Source: an uncultured Actinomycetota bacterium (GTDB lineage Bacteria > Actinomycetota > Actinomycetes > JAFAQI01). Taken from it: a DNA stretch of 64,000 nucleotides. Numbering within the stretch: the first letter of the stretch is position 1; each line of letters begins with the position of its first letter. Location: the NCBI GenBank assembly GCA_963770565.1, contig CAVYQE010000002.1, forward strand, positions 320,001 through 384,000, read 5' to 3'. Positions 53,201 to 64,000 of this stretch are shown piece after piece. A model generated the notes under the pieces. The model ran no database searches. It saw nothing but the letters and a program-made list of their open reading frames with translations, and had not been told where the DNA came from. Both the position numbers and the translations under genes were made by a program.

Positions 53201-55094
53201 GACTGCTTGACGATCTCGATGCCGTCGATGAGCGGGTTCTCCACGACGTGGGAGAACTCGATCGTGACCTCGCCGTCGCTGGTGAGCGTCTATGTCCTTC
53301 ATGGTCCCGGTCTGGTCGCCGGCAGTCGCAACGATGTCGAAGTTGTTAAGGAACGACTGGCCGTCGACGTGACGTTGAAGACCCGCTGGCCGACTGGCTC
53401 GTACAGCTATAGCGGTTGGCGAAGTACAGCCGTACGTCGACCACGTCGCCGGCGGGAACCGGGAAGGTCCAGTCGCAGGTCTGCCGTTGACGCCGACATT
53501 GTTGCCCGGGTCCCAGCGCTCGGTGTCGAAGATCGCAGGCGGCGTGAGGCCGGCACGGTGCCGTCGACGTTGGTGATCGGGGACCAGCCGCGGCGTTGCT
53601 GCCCGAGTTGCGGTACGGCGACGGGTCGGAAGTGTCGCCCTGCCAGTCGGGGCCACCGTCCATCGACGGAATCGTCGGGCCACCGGCGTCGACGCGGTAG
53701 AGCACATTCGTGCTACCCGGCGTCGGGTAGTGCACCGGCCGTGTAGACCCGGCCCGGCAGGGTCGGCGTCGCGTCTGACGGCAGCGTCGCGCCACCGGCG
53801 AAGGGGAAGAAGGCGATCTTCTGGCGCAGGTATGCGTAGTTGCCGATGTAGTCGGTGTCGCTGCCGACCCAGATTCCGGCGGGGTGGCTAGACAGTCGGC
53901 GCCGTGGCCGCGCGGGTTCCGGCCCGGGTTCCAGGCGAGCGGCACGCCGTTGGCCGGGTCAGCGCTGCGAGACCCGGACGGGGCACCGCGCCCGCGCCGC
54001 GTGTCGACGCCGTACGGGTTGTTCAGCCAGCGCTGGTGGCCACCGACGTAGACCGCGTCCGGTGACGGCGACCGAGTACAGCGAGTCGTGGCCGGTGAAG
54101 TCGATCCAGGTCGGCGCACGTCCGCGCCCTGGCCAGGGGTTTCGAAGCGGCTGCGGCGTCACAGGACGAGGTCCCGTCGTGTTCGGCCATACCGCCCGTC
54201 GCCGCGACCACGAAGTACGAGCCGTCCGGGGACCACCGGACATCGCGCACGTACGAGTCGAACGCCGAGCTGAAGCAGCGGCGGTGTAGGCGTTGGTCTT
54301 CCAGTTCGGGTCGACGGTCGCCGAAGTGGAGCCGAGGATGATGTTGGCGATCTGGTCACGCGGCAGCGAGGTGCCGCCGGCGGGCCGACACCGGTGAAGT
54401 TGCCGACGATGATCATCTGGGTGCCGGCTGGGTCGATATCCATCGCTTGACCCCGACGCGGCGACGCGCATGACGTTGAGTCGGGACGCACGCGTCCCTA
54501 GTTGTGGTGTCCGGTGAGGAAAGACCGACGTAGTGGTGAGCGCGCCGGTGCTCGGGTTGATCGACGAGACCGTCGTCGGAGCCGTGAAGTGCCGGCCACA
54601 AACAGCCGGCTGTTGGCCAGGGCCAGTCGCATGATTGCGTTCAGTGACGGGCTGAAGGTGGTGACGCGCGCGCCGGTGCTGGGGTTGAGGCGAGCGCGAC
54701 GCGCTCCTCACCCCGGACGTGAAGGCCGCCGACGTGACGCCGTTGGCGGCCGGCCCCGAGATCGCGTCGACCTCACCGTTGACCACGGGCGGGAACGCGT
54801 GGCGAGCGCCCCCGTCGAGGCGTTGAACGCGAAGAGGTAATTGAGGCTGTAGACCGTGCCCGGAGTCGCGTGCGGGCTCACCGAAGTGAACGAGCCACCA
54901 GCGAGCATCTGGCCGCCGACCTGGGCGATCGCCATGACGGCGCCGTTGTTGACGTCCGGCGTAGTGGTGGCGGGGACGGCATTGACGACAGTTGACTGTG
55001 CCGCCTGAACCGCTTGGGCGGGAGCCGCGAGCCCTACTATTCCGCCGAACGCCAACGCGAACACACACAAGGATGCGACGCGACTTCTGATCAT
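50216..55094 (-). CDS. Giant secreted paralogue: propeller, two malectin-like domains, two PKD, two C-terminal beta domains; multiple frameshifts
   Basis: MIRSRVASL...AQA signal; YRVDAGG/YRVHAGG..IF.TERW..FNV malectin-like motifs; two WDFGDG; C-terminus [11 protein letters not shown] recovered after shift near 50293. Confidence 0.75.
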
Positions 55095-55380
55095 CTCGCT
55101 GCCTTTCCAACCCACGGTACCCGCCCTCGACCGCACCCACGCGCGATCAGCCCCCCATTGCGACCGGGCGTTGATCGATGCGCGGATGCAGCCGTCCCCG
55201 AACGTCCGGTTAGGCGGATGCGCATACGATGTCACCTCGTTCGCCGTGGGCCAGCGACTCACCACCAACGCGCGGCTGCGTCAGCGGTGGACCGACGATA
55301 ACAACGGACCAGACAGCGCGAGGTGGGTTTCCAGAACTCGGAGGTGAATCACCCGATTGGACGATCAAGTCCGGGCGTGA

Positions 55381-57634
55381 TCACGAGGCGGCGGCGTCGC
55401 CATCCGTGACCGACGGGTCCTTGGCCGAGCTGACGAAGGCGGTTCGCGGGGTCGGGCTGCCCGGAGTTGTTGTAGGCGACCTCGAAGTCACCTTGCGGGC
55501 CGGTGCTGTCGTACACCGAGAGCAGCTTGAGGTTCGGATACTCGTTGCTGTCGAGGTCTGCCTTGATACCGGTGAAGTAGGTGTCATGAACTGATGCCAC
55601 GGTCGCATTTGTACCGAATTCGCCGATCCCCCACGGCTTCGACAGGTAGTCGTGGGTCGAGTCCGACTCCGAGGTGAGCAGGTTGTAGAAGTGCGACGTC
55701 GAGGCGGTGAAGGTCGAGGAGTTGCCGTAGGAGTAGGACTCGAAGAGCACCCAGTCCACCAGGCTGTTTCCGGGCCAGAAGATCGTCGACCATGCAGTCC
55801 CAGGTCGGGTAGTTCATGTAGTTCATCACCCACACCACATTGGTCACACCGAGCGCGTTGAAGCGCGCCTCGACGTTGGCCCACATGGCGCGGTAGTCGG
55901 CCGGTGTGCCGGCGCTGCCCTTGTAGATCGGCTTCGAGCAGCCGCTGGCCCCGCCGCTGACGTCGTTCTCCGGCTCATGGAACAGCGTGAGGAAGATCTT
56001 CGTCGAGCCCAACGACTTGATGCTGTTGGCCATCGCATCGATTTGAGCGTTGACGGTGGCGTTGCCGCCGTTCGCGTCTGCCCAGACATTGGCGGGCTTC
56101 CAGTTCAGTTGAAGAAGCGCTCCCGGCGTCTTCGCCAGCTCGATGTCGGACGGCGAAAGGACCTGCCCCGGCCGGCGATAGTCGTGATCCAGCACGAGAT
56201 GAACGCCTGTCCCGCTCCGGCATCGTTGTACTCGCTCATGATGTCGCCGCCGCCCCAGCGGTTGAAGATGCCGCCGAACAGCACGCCGCAACTTGGGACC
56301 AGCATCGAGGACAACGTGCAGGTCTTACCGCTCTGCGTAGGCGTGGGCGCCGGAGTCGGGGTGGGGGTGGGGGTCGCCGTCGGGCTGGGCGTCGGGGTTG
56401 GCGTCGGCGTCGGGGTCGGCGGGTCGGGGTCGGCGTCGGGCGTCGGGCGTCGGGGTTGGCGTCGGCGTCGGCGTCGGCGTCGGGGTTGGCGTCGGCGTCG
56501 GGGTCGGAGCGTCGGGGTTGGCGTCGGGCGTCGGGGTCGGCGTCGGCGTCGGCGTCGGGCTCGGGGACGTCGGGGTCGGCGTCGGGGTCGGAGTCGACGG
56601 AGTGGGAGTCGGTGATGGGGGACGTGGAGGTGGGGGTCGGCGTGGGCGTCGGGGAATCCGAAGGAGTCGGCGACCCGGGCGGCGACGGTGTCGGGCTCGG
56701 CGAGGTCGGGGTCGGGGTCGGGCTCGGCGAGGTCGGGGTCGTGTCGGGGTCGGCGTCGGGCTCGGCGAGGTCGGGTGGTCGGCGTGGGGATCCAAGGAGT
56801 CGGCGACCCGGTCGGCGACGGTGTCGGGCTCGGCGAGGTGGGGTCGGAGTCGGGCTCGGCGAGGTCGGTGTCGGTGGTCGGGGTCGGCAACGGACCGCCG
56901 CCCGTTCCGACAACCACCGGGTATACGTATGAAACAGTCAGAACTGGTGCGTGAGCGTCCTCGCGTGACTGAAATCGGACAACCCGGTTGCGGGTTTGCG
57001 CACTCAGCGCGAAACCGTACAAACCGTTACCGGTAATACCGTGGGAAAGAGTGAATCGTACGTTTTTGTCCCCCGGCCGCGCATATCCCGCGGCGAGCTG
57101 GGGGCCCATCCGAGGGGCGCGCCGCTCGACGAGCGTGCGCTGGTTCCAGGACCGTGGATTCACCCTGTGCAACACCAACCGGGTGCTGGGGAGGCGGTGG
57201 CGATCTCGGGTGAAGGAGACCGTCACGCGAGTGACGGACGCGGTGCTGGGCAGGCCTCGCACCCTGAACTTGACGAACGCGACCTTGCGGTGGTGCCGCA
57301 TGTCGGTCGCCAACAGCCGGTGCACGTGTCCGTGCCGCGCGTTCGGGGCCGCGGCGGAGGTGTAACTGTCCGATATATCCCTGGTAATCCTGTTCTGGTG
57401 CACCATGCGAATAATCCGCCGATGGTGCTCGGCCCGATGCGCGACGCTGGCCGAGACCTTGTGCGCCGAGTGTGGGGCCGACAGCACCTTTGCCATCGCG
57501 AACGGGGATCCAACGGTGAACACAGCGAGGCAGGAGATGAGCGCAAGCACACCGAGGTTCAGCCGCCGAGCCGCGCCGTGGTTGCCCCGCGCCTTTGGCA
57601 CTCGTTGCTTCGCGTGCCGGCCCCTGCTGGCCAT
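55381..57634 (-). CDS. Secreted protein: DNRLRE/CBM96-like domain, Pro/Thr linker, GH26-like domain; frameshifted
   Basis: DSYTSAAAP..AFVKF..FQSRE..PVLTV; PT repeats; QLNWKP, FHEPEN, WGIGEFG found in different frames. Confidence 0.72.
56340..56890 (-). repeat. Low-complexity Pro-Thr/Pro-Ser coding repeat
   Basis: Tandem CCGAC(G/C) hexamers and repeated CCGACCTCGCCGAGCCCGAC units. Confidence 0.9.
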
Positions 57635-57864
57635 CGTTACCCTCACTGCTCGGCTCTGCACTACCTGTAGTGACTAGTTCGACCGCACATTCGGGTGGCT
57701 TAAGGCTCACCCGCTTGCTGTCTGTCGGATCACCCATACGGCGCAGACGGCTACGCCCGAACAGCCCTAATTGCCCGTTAAGCTCGACAATTGGCCGCCA
57801 ACGGACGAAGCGCCGGTTACTCTGATCCGAACTGCGGGGACGACGGAGTGAGGCGCTCGACACC

Positions 57865-59619
57865 ATGAACGACATAGCTGCCCCGGTGGTCGCGCATGAC
57901 CTCAGTCACTACCTGCGGCCCCTGCGCAGGCACCGCGCGCTGATCGCGCTGTTGGTCGTGCTCGGCACCCTGGCGGGCGTGGCCGGCGCTCGCTTGGTTC
58001 GTCCGACCTACACCGCGACCGCCCGGGTCCAGGTCACGGCCAATCTGACCGACCAGGTCGCCACCCAGACCGGCGCGCGGACCAACGGCATCATCAATAT
58101 GGACACGCAGAGCCAGCTCGTCACCACGCTCCCGGTCGCGGACATCGCGCAACGGTTGATGAAGACCTCGACCGCGCCGGGCGTGCTCGTTGGGCGCGTC
58201 ACAGTGACCGTTCCCCCGAACACCACGATTCTGAGAATCGCGTTCGCGGCGCACTCGGCTCAGGTCGCGACCGCCGGCGCGAACGCGTTCGCGCAGGGCT
58301 ATCTCGAGGACCGCTCGAACATCGCGAAGGCGTACCAGGCCACCCAGGTCAACGCGGTGAACGCTCAGCTCAACGCGGAGCGGCAGGCCGTCGTACAGGA
58401 AGCGGCAACGGCGAACTCCACCCCACCGAACTCCGCCGCCCACCACCAGGCCGAGCTGAAAAAGAGCCAGGCGCTGACCGTCAGCCTCGCCCTCAGCACC
58501 ACTCTGGGTACGCTCCGCGGCGCGTCCTTGGAGGCCGGCACCCTCGCGTCCCCGGCAACTGGCGGCGGCGCCGCGCCGGATCGACTGCGCTACATCGTGA
58601 TTCTGGCGGGCATCGTTCTCGGCCTTCTGGGCGGCGTGACGGCAGCCACGGCGCGCGAGGCCAGCGACCGATCAGTGCGGTCCGCGGACGACCTCGGCCG
58701 GGTCGGTCTCCCGGTCATCGCGGAAATGCCGACCACCCGCGGTGGCTTGCTTCGCCGCAGGTCTACGGCACTCACCGAGCGATCGAGAGTCCGGGCCGAA
58801 CAGCGGGTTGCCGCGGCAATCGGCGCAGCCCTCGGCGCCCAAGGTGGTCCGGTGTACGTCGCACAACTGTCCCCGGCGTTGGCGGACGAAGGATTCGCCA
58901 GCCGCCTCGCCGACGAACTCGGCCGCTTCGGCAGCAGCACCGAGATCGTGACGCTCGGCGAGAGCTACGCACCCGTGGAAGAGACCGCCTCGAGCGTCTC
59001 GATGCTCGACGATCCGCGCCGGCTCGCCGCCGCGCCCGACGACGAACCCGCCGCTCTCACCCGGGTCATCGGACGCGCGAACCCGCAGCGCGACAGCAGC
59101 GTCGGAAACCAGCTCGCCGCCGCGCGGTCCGGGCAGCTGGGGACGATGCGGCCCCGCCAGGCCGGCGCCCCCCTTGACGACGTGTCCGCGCTCATGCACG
59201 AGGTCCAGGCCGCGCTGACCCGCTCCCGCTACGTGATTCTGGTCGGCCGCGATAGTGCCTTCGGCTCGGAGCCCTACATACTCGCGTCGATGAGCCTGGC
59301 AACGGTGGTCGTCGTCGAACCCGGTGTCACCACCCGCGCACAGCTCGCCGACGTGGTGGAGCAGGTTGAGGTCACCTCGAGCAGGGTCGTGGGCGCCTTC
59401 ATCTGGCGGCGCACGATGAAGCGACGCCGTTCGAGTTCGGTGGGTGCAGCGGCTTCGGCGTCTCCGGTCGGGCCTGTCGTTCGATCGAACTTCGTCCCGG
59501 TGCCGTCGTGGAACGAGTCCGCTGACCGATTGGGCGGAGGCACTGTGTCCGCCGCGACCGCCGCGCCCGAGCAGGTCGCCCCGGCGTCGTCTGCTGGCCA
59601 GCCGCATCAAGCCCACTAG
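57865..59619 (+). CDS. Wzz/Wzc-like polysaccharide co-polymerase with degenerate kinase-like C-terminus
   Basis: DLSHYLRPLRRH, PTYTATARV, coiled coil, second TM, DRSVRSADDL..GLPV; no Walker A. Confidence 0.8.
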   Translation: MNDIAAPVVAHDLSHYLRPLRRHRALIALLVVLGTLAGVAGARLVRPTYTATARVQVTANLTDQVATQTGARTNGIINMDTQSQLVTTLPVADIAQRLMKTSTAPGVLVGRVTVTVPPNTTILRIAFAAHSAQVATAGANAFAQGYLEDRSNIAKAYQATQVNAVNAQLNAERQAVVQEAATANSTPPNSAAHHQAELKKSQALTVSLALSTTLGTLRGASLEAGTLASPATGGGAAPDRLRYIVILAGIVLGLLGGVTAATAREASDRSVRSADDLGRVGLPVIAEMPTTRGGLLRRRSTALTERSRVRAEQRVAAAIGAALGAQGGPVYVAQLSPALADEGFASRLADELGRFGSSTEIVTLGESYAPVEETASSVSMLDDPRRLAAAPDDEPAALTRVIGRANPQRDSSVGNQLAAARSGQLGTMRPRQAGAPLDDVSALMHEVQAALTRSRYVILVGRDSAFGSEPYILASMSLATVVVVEPGVTTRAQLADVVEQVEVTSSRVVGAFIWRRTMKRRRSSSVGAAASASPVGPVVRSNFVPVPSWNESADRLGGGTVSAATAAPEQVAPASSAGQPHQAH

Positions 59620-59639
59620 GTAACGGCAGCGAACGACCG

Positions 59640-61018
59640 ATGGCTTCGCGACTGCGCCTGCAGGCCGGTTGGCCGCTGTGGGCCCTGCTTTGCTTCTACC
59701 CGCTGTGGTGGGTCATCGGCGCCGGAGAGTTCACCTTCGTATTGTTCGCGATTCCGATGGCCTGGCAGCTTCGCCGGTGGCGACCGCTCCTCCTCCCCCC
59801 GGTTTCGGCCTGTGGATGCTCTTCTTGATCTGGACCGTGCTGAGCCTGGTGATGCTCCCCTTCGGGGCCCCGCACACGGTTCCTGGATCGCAGTCGGGCC
59901 GGGCCTTTGGGGTGATGTTCCGCTTCTTCGAACTCGGCGCCGTGACGATCATCGCGTTGTATGTGCTCAACCTCCCGACCAGTCAGGTTCCGCAGCGCAA
60001 GATCATGCGCTGGATGTGCGTCCTGTTCTTCGCGACCGTGGCCGGTGGCTATCTCGCGCTCGCAGCACCGTCGTTCTCCTTCACGTCTCCGGTTGAAGCA
60101 GTCCTGCCGCACGGGATCATCTCGAACACCTACGTACAGTCGCTCGTCCATCCTGCCGCCGCACAGGTGCAGACCGTGCTTGGCTACTCCGCGCCGCGGC
60201 CGGCGGCTCCCTGGGGCTACACCAACACCTGGGGCAACCTGCTGTCCATCCTGTTGGTGTGGTTCTGCGTGTACATGTGGCGCCCGGCATCGGGTTGGCG
60301 TCGGCTTGCCCTCGGTGTCACGCTCGCGGTCGCACTAGTGCCGATCGTCTACTCCCTCAACCGCGGTATGTGGTTCGGGCTTCTCATCTCGGTCGCGTAT
60401 CTGGTCTGGCGGCTGGCCGCTCAAGGCGACACGCGTGCCTTGATCAGCGCGCTGCTCCTTCTTCCGGTCGCGGTGTTGGCCTTCCTGTTGACACCGTTGC
60501 ATGGCGTCATCACCCAGCGCGAGAGCCACGGCGGAAGCAATGAGGTGCGGGCATTCGCGGACGCCGCCGCCTGGCACGGTGCTCTGGAGTCCCCGATCCT
60601 GGGCTGGGGCGGGCCCCGAAAGACGATCGGGAGCGGCCAATCGATCGCCATCGGACCCACCGCCAACTGCCTCAACTGCGGCAACGTAGGCATCGGTAGC
60701 ACGGGGGAGTTCTGGCAGGTCGCGTTCAGCAACGGGCTCATCGGAGTTGGTCCGGGCTGGAGTCTCTTCCTCGCTGCGTTCTTGGCCCTGCGAAGAGATC
60801 GAAGTCCAACCGCGGTTCAGGCCGCGCGTCTGATCATCATCCTGGTGTTGTTCTACAGCTACTTCTACAACAACCTGCCTTCCGCCGCCGGCATCACCCT
60901 GATCTCCATTTCCTTGGCCTGGCGCAGCATCGCCGTTCCGCAGGCGGTCGTTGTGCGACCGAAGCCTCAGCCCGCTCCGCGCGAGCTCAGCCCCTTGGTT
61001 GCCGGCGGCCTTCGGTGA
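59640..61018 (+). CDS. Wzy/O-antigen-ligase-like membrane protein; frameshift in C-run near 59797
   Basis: YPLWW, RPAAPWGYTNTWG, SLNRGMW, SPILGWG; many TM. Confidence 0.8.
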
Positions 61019-62214
61019 GATCGCCGGATTCGGGGGACCGGCTGACCTATGCCCGCTCTGTTCTGGCCGGCCTGTATCCGGATTGCGACATCGCGTCGTC
61101 ACCGGCCGGCGGAGGGCAGCACTCGGAGAGATCGTTCGCGATCATCCCTTCGCCGTCTCGACCTCGGCTGCTCGTGCCCGCTGGCTCGCCCGCGACCGCA
61201 AGGGCCGCGCTTCGCGCCTACGGCGGCCGGCTCAACGCTCGGGCGAGACTCGGATATCGGTGCCTCGTCGCGGCCGCCGGACTGCCCGGGTCTGCGTTGC
61301 TCAGACCCGACATCGCCGTGATCGCGCCCGGAGATACCTACTCGTCGGGGATCGATGGCCACCTCACCCGGGTCCTTGGTCAGCCCGTGACGGCGGCGAT
61401 CCACCTGACTCCTGCTCGGGCCAACCGCAAGGCCATCGTTCAAGCCCTGACCGTCCGAGGTCGCTACCCGATCGGGTTTGCCAAGGTCGCGCAATCCGAC
61501 CTCAGCGTGGGGTTGATCGCGAATGAAGCGCGCGCGCTGAGGCAGCTCGCCGGCGCGGACTCCCGGCTGCTCATCACGCCCACGGTGATCGACAACTCGG
61601 ACTTCGCCGGCCGCGGATCTCTCGTGTTGAGCCCACTTCCGACCTGGTCCCGCGGTCGCCTGCCCAGCGCCAGCGACCTTGCCCAGGCGAGCGCTGAGCT
61701 TGTTGCAACCGCGACCGTTGAGACCACTCCGCTCGCCGCGTCGAGCTTCTGGATGGGGCTCCGTGAAGGCGCAGAAGGTGTTGCCGACGCCGATCGCCGC
61801 GATCCACTTCGCGCCGCGCTCGACGCCGTCACGGACTGCGCAGGCAACATCGACGTCACCTTCGGTGCAAGCCACGGCGACTGGTCGCCGTGGAACATGT
61901 GGCGGACGGAGGCCGGCCTGCTGGTCTGGGATTGGGAACGCTTTCGCACAGATGCGCCGGTCGGATCGGACCTCACTCACTATCGGCTGCAGGAGCTTCT
62001 GATCATTCGCCGGATGGCGCCATTGGCCGCCGCGCGGGCCGTCGTGGCTGAGGCGGCATCTCCATCCGTCGCGGCGTTGCATTTGCTGGCACTTGCGGTG
62101 CGCTACGACGTTGACGATCAGGCCGGCGCGGGGTCGAGGCTGCACCCCACGCGGACCTGGCTTCTGCCCGCTGCATTGGACACGATTCGGGCAAAGCGGG
62201 GGGTGCGCCAGTGA
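61015..62214 (+). CDS. APH/choline-kinase-like phosphotransferase
   Basis: FAKV, NEARAL, HGDWSPWN, WDWE; GTGA overlaps on both sides. Confidence 0.8.
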   Translation: MRSPDSGDRLTYARSVLAGLYPDCDIASSPAGGGQHSERSFAIIPSPSRPRLLVPAGSPATARAALRAYGGRLNARARLGYRCLVAAAGLPGSALLRPDIAVIAPGDTYSSGIDGHLTRVLGQPVTAAIHLTPARANRKAIVQALTVRGRYPIGFAKVAQSDLSVGLIANEARALRQLAGADSRLLITPTVIDNSDFAGRGSLVLSPLPTWSRGRLPSASDLAQASAELVATATVETTPLAASSFWMGLREGAEGVADADRRDPLRAALDAVTDCAGNIDVTFGASHGDWSPWNMWRTEAGLLVWDWERFRTDAPVGSDLTHYRLQELLIIRRMAPLAAARAVVAEAASPSVAALHLLALAVRYDVDDQAGAGSRLHPTRTWLLPAALDTIRAKRGVRQ

Positions 62215-63090
62215 GCCCGAACCGACAGTCGGCGTTGCCCGTACCGTTGAAACGCTATGCGCAAACCGTTGTCGTGCATGGTTACGGCCGCGCAACCAGT
62301 CGATTTCGGGCCCTGCCGAACGTGTTGATCGTTGGCGGACAGCGGTGCGGAACCACGTCGATGTACCGGGCCCTGACGCAGCATCCCGGTGCTTTCAAAC
62401 CCGTGATGCACAAAGGAGTGCACTACTTCGATATGAACTACGCGCAGGGGTTGGGCTGGTATCGCGCGCACTTCCCGTCGCGGGTCGCCGTGTCAGCCGC
62501 TGCGCGCCGGCTCGGAGTCGATCCCATCGTCTACGAGTCGAGTCCGTACTACGGCTTCCATCCGCTTGCGGCCGATCGATTCAGTGCGGATCTGGCCGAT
62601 GTTCGCGTCATCATGCTGATTCGCGACCCGGTCGAGCGGGCGTAACTCGGCCCATGCGCACGAACTCGCGCGCGGGTACGAGACCGAGCCTTTCGAACGG
62701 GCGCTCGAGCTCGAGCCCTTGCGCACCGCAGGCGAAGAAGAGGCGCTGCGCGCCGACCCGACGTATGAGAGCCAGGCCCACCAGCACCAGGCGTATGTGG
62801 CACGCGGGCAGTACATCGACGCACTGCGCCGGCTGGAGAAGATCCTCGGTCGTTCGCGAATTCACGTCGTCGACAGCCATCGGTTCTTCTCCGATCCCGA
62901 GCCGACCTTCGCGGCGACGCTCGAGTTCCTCGGCCTCCCTCCGTCCGCCGACATCGACTTCGAGCGACACAACGCCAGGCCACGCTCGCCGATGGCGGAC
63001 CATGTTCGGGCCCGCCTTGAAGCTCACTTCGCGCCCTACGATGCCGAACTCGGCGAATGGCTCGGGTGGCAGCCGAGCTGGCGAGAGTAG
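62211..63090 (+). CDS. PAPS-dependent sulfotransferase; +1 frameshift near 62644
   Basis: IVGGQRCGTTSM (5'-PSB), KGVHYFD, ESSPYY, IRDPVERA(YS) (3'-PB), YVARGQY. Confidence 0.88.
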
Positions 63091-64000
63091 TGCGGCGGGC
63101 GCGGCGACCCGTCGCCCGGTTCCTGATCGTCGGTGGCCTTCTCGGCCCGTTGGTCGGCTGCAGTGGCCACTCCGCCGGTCGCAGCACCGCATCGTGCACC
63201 GTGACTCCGAAGCCCCGGGTATCGTGGGCGCCCGCACGCCCTCCAGCCGTTCCTACCAACGGTGCCTACCTCGGCGCCTTCGCGCTGGCCGGTCCGGCGA
63301 CCCAGGACGGTTACGTGAAGTCCTTCAATGCTCTCGCGGCGCAGGCATGCAGACCGCTGGCCTTTGCACACGTCTACTTCCCCTGGGAGACACCTTTTCC
63401 CACCAGTTCGGCCACCCAGTTCGCCGAGCGCGGCGAAGATCTCCTCGTCTCCTGGACGGGGACGGACACCCGAACCATGGCGAGCGGGGCGGTTGACGGC
63501 ACGATCAAGGCCGAAGCCGAGGAGATCGCCTCACTGCGCGCTCCGGTCTTTCTCGAGTTCCGGTGGGAAATGGACCGCCCCAATCTCGCCAGGGTCGTGC
63601 ATTCACCGCAGGACTACATCGCTGCCTGGGACCGGGTCAGACAGGTCTTCGCTTCCGTTGGCGTATCGAACGTGACCTGGATCTGGTGCCCCACCGCGGC
63701 GGGGTTCGCGGACGGGCGCGCACTGGCCTATTACCCAGGGGCCAACGAAGTCGACTGGGTGTGCACGGACGCCTACCCAAGTCCAGTCTTCGGTCCTCAG
63801 CCTTACCAGCCACTGGGCCGACTGATCCGGCCCTTTCTCAATTGGGCGCAGCAGCAGCAAAAGCCGGTGATGATCGGCGAGTTCGGAGTGCCGCGCAGCT
63901 ACCCACCAGATGAGCGTGCGCGATGGCTGGAGCAGGCTCAGACCACCTTGACCGCGGGTCGCCAGATCAAAGCAGTCGCATACTTCGACTACGACCCCGC
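63090..64000 (+). CDS. GH26-like glycoside hydrolase lipoprotein, runs off window
   Basis: GTG start, lipobox LVGC, GAYLGA, LVSW, FRWEMD, WIWCP, YYPG..VDW, KPVMIGEFG. Confidence 0.82.
   Translation, partial: MRRARRPVARFLIVGGLLGPLVGCSGHSAGRSTASCTVTPKPRVSWAPARPPAVPTNGAYLGAFALAGPATQDGYVKSFNALAAQACRPLAFAHVYFPWETPFPTSSATQFAERGEDLLVSWTGTDTRTMASGAVDGTIKAEAEEIASLRAPVFLEFRWEMDRPNLARVVHSPQDYIAAWDRVRQVFASVGVSNVTWIWCPTAAGFADGRALAYYPGANEVDWVCTDAYPSPVFGPQPYQPLGRLIRPFLNWAQQQQKPVMIGEFGVPRSYPPDERARWLEQAQTTLTAGRQIKAVAYFDYDP

Noticed and set aside
56340-56890. Tandem repeat as non-coding array
   Set aside because: Encodes a Pro/Thr linker between a CBM-like and a GH domain
53280-56900. Dense frameshifts suggesting pseudogenisation or phase variation of the giant PKD and GH26-like genes
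   Set aside because: The lesions are scattered small indels with motifs otherwise intact, and similar indels hit mfd. This fits low-coverage long-read error better than decay; needs read check.
59790-59802. Poly-C phase-variation switch in the wzy-like gene
   Set aside because: The C-run is short (about 6), and homopolymer deletion is a common read error in a region with other indels
62638-62650. Premature stop in the sulfotransferase
   Set aside because: GCG TAA CTC G becomes GCG TAC TCG (the conserved RAYS motif) on removing one A; likely an error

Overview
High-GC actinobacterial chromosomal segment built on a core backbone: mfd, PrsA/SurA-like lipoprotein, mazG, eno, divIC, DUF501, ppx, then ndh, tRNA-Leu(UAA; bldA type), and further on fadA, cbs and metB. 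Accessory blocks are interleaved. (1) 1-6700: an ApbE flavinylation/extracytosolic redox operon with a ferric-reductase-like membrane protein, ferredoxin, NuoF-like flavoprotein, two-component system and small Pro-rich exported proteins ending in TGAS/TGGS motifs. (2) 27450-31700, the top candidate for an undescribed system: a 1251-aa MFS transporter fused to a membrane sensor-GAF-degenerate GGDEF-intact EAL protein. It converges on an unannotated 8-codon ORF (MQNAQGWG) that has a near-perfect Shine-Dalgarno and a strand-specific hairpin. (3) 33700-37200: a DUF4331/Tat/Cys-repeat propeller cluster. (4) 47200-64000: a surface-glycan locus with two large PKD/malectin paralogues, two GH26-like enzymes, Wzz/Wzc-like and Wzy-like proteins, a kinase and a sulfotransferase. 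Two 85-bp structured REP-like elements with compensatory changes lie at 21455 and 25289. Several frameshifts (45517, 50293, 53300-56900, 59797, 62644) look like read or assembly indels, so fusions and splits need read-level confirmation. All calls come from motif recognition by eye; no database searches were run.
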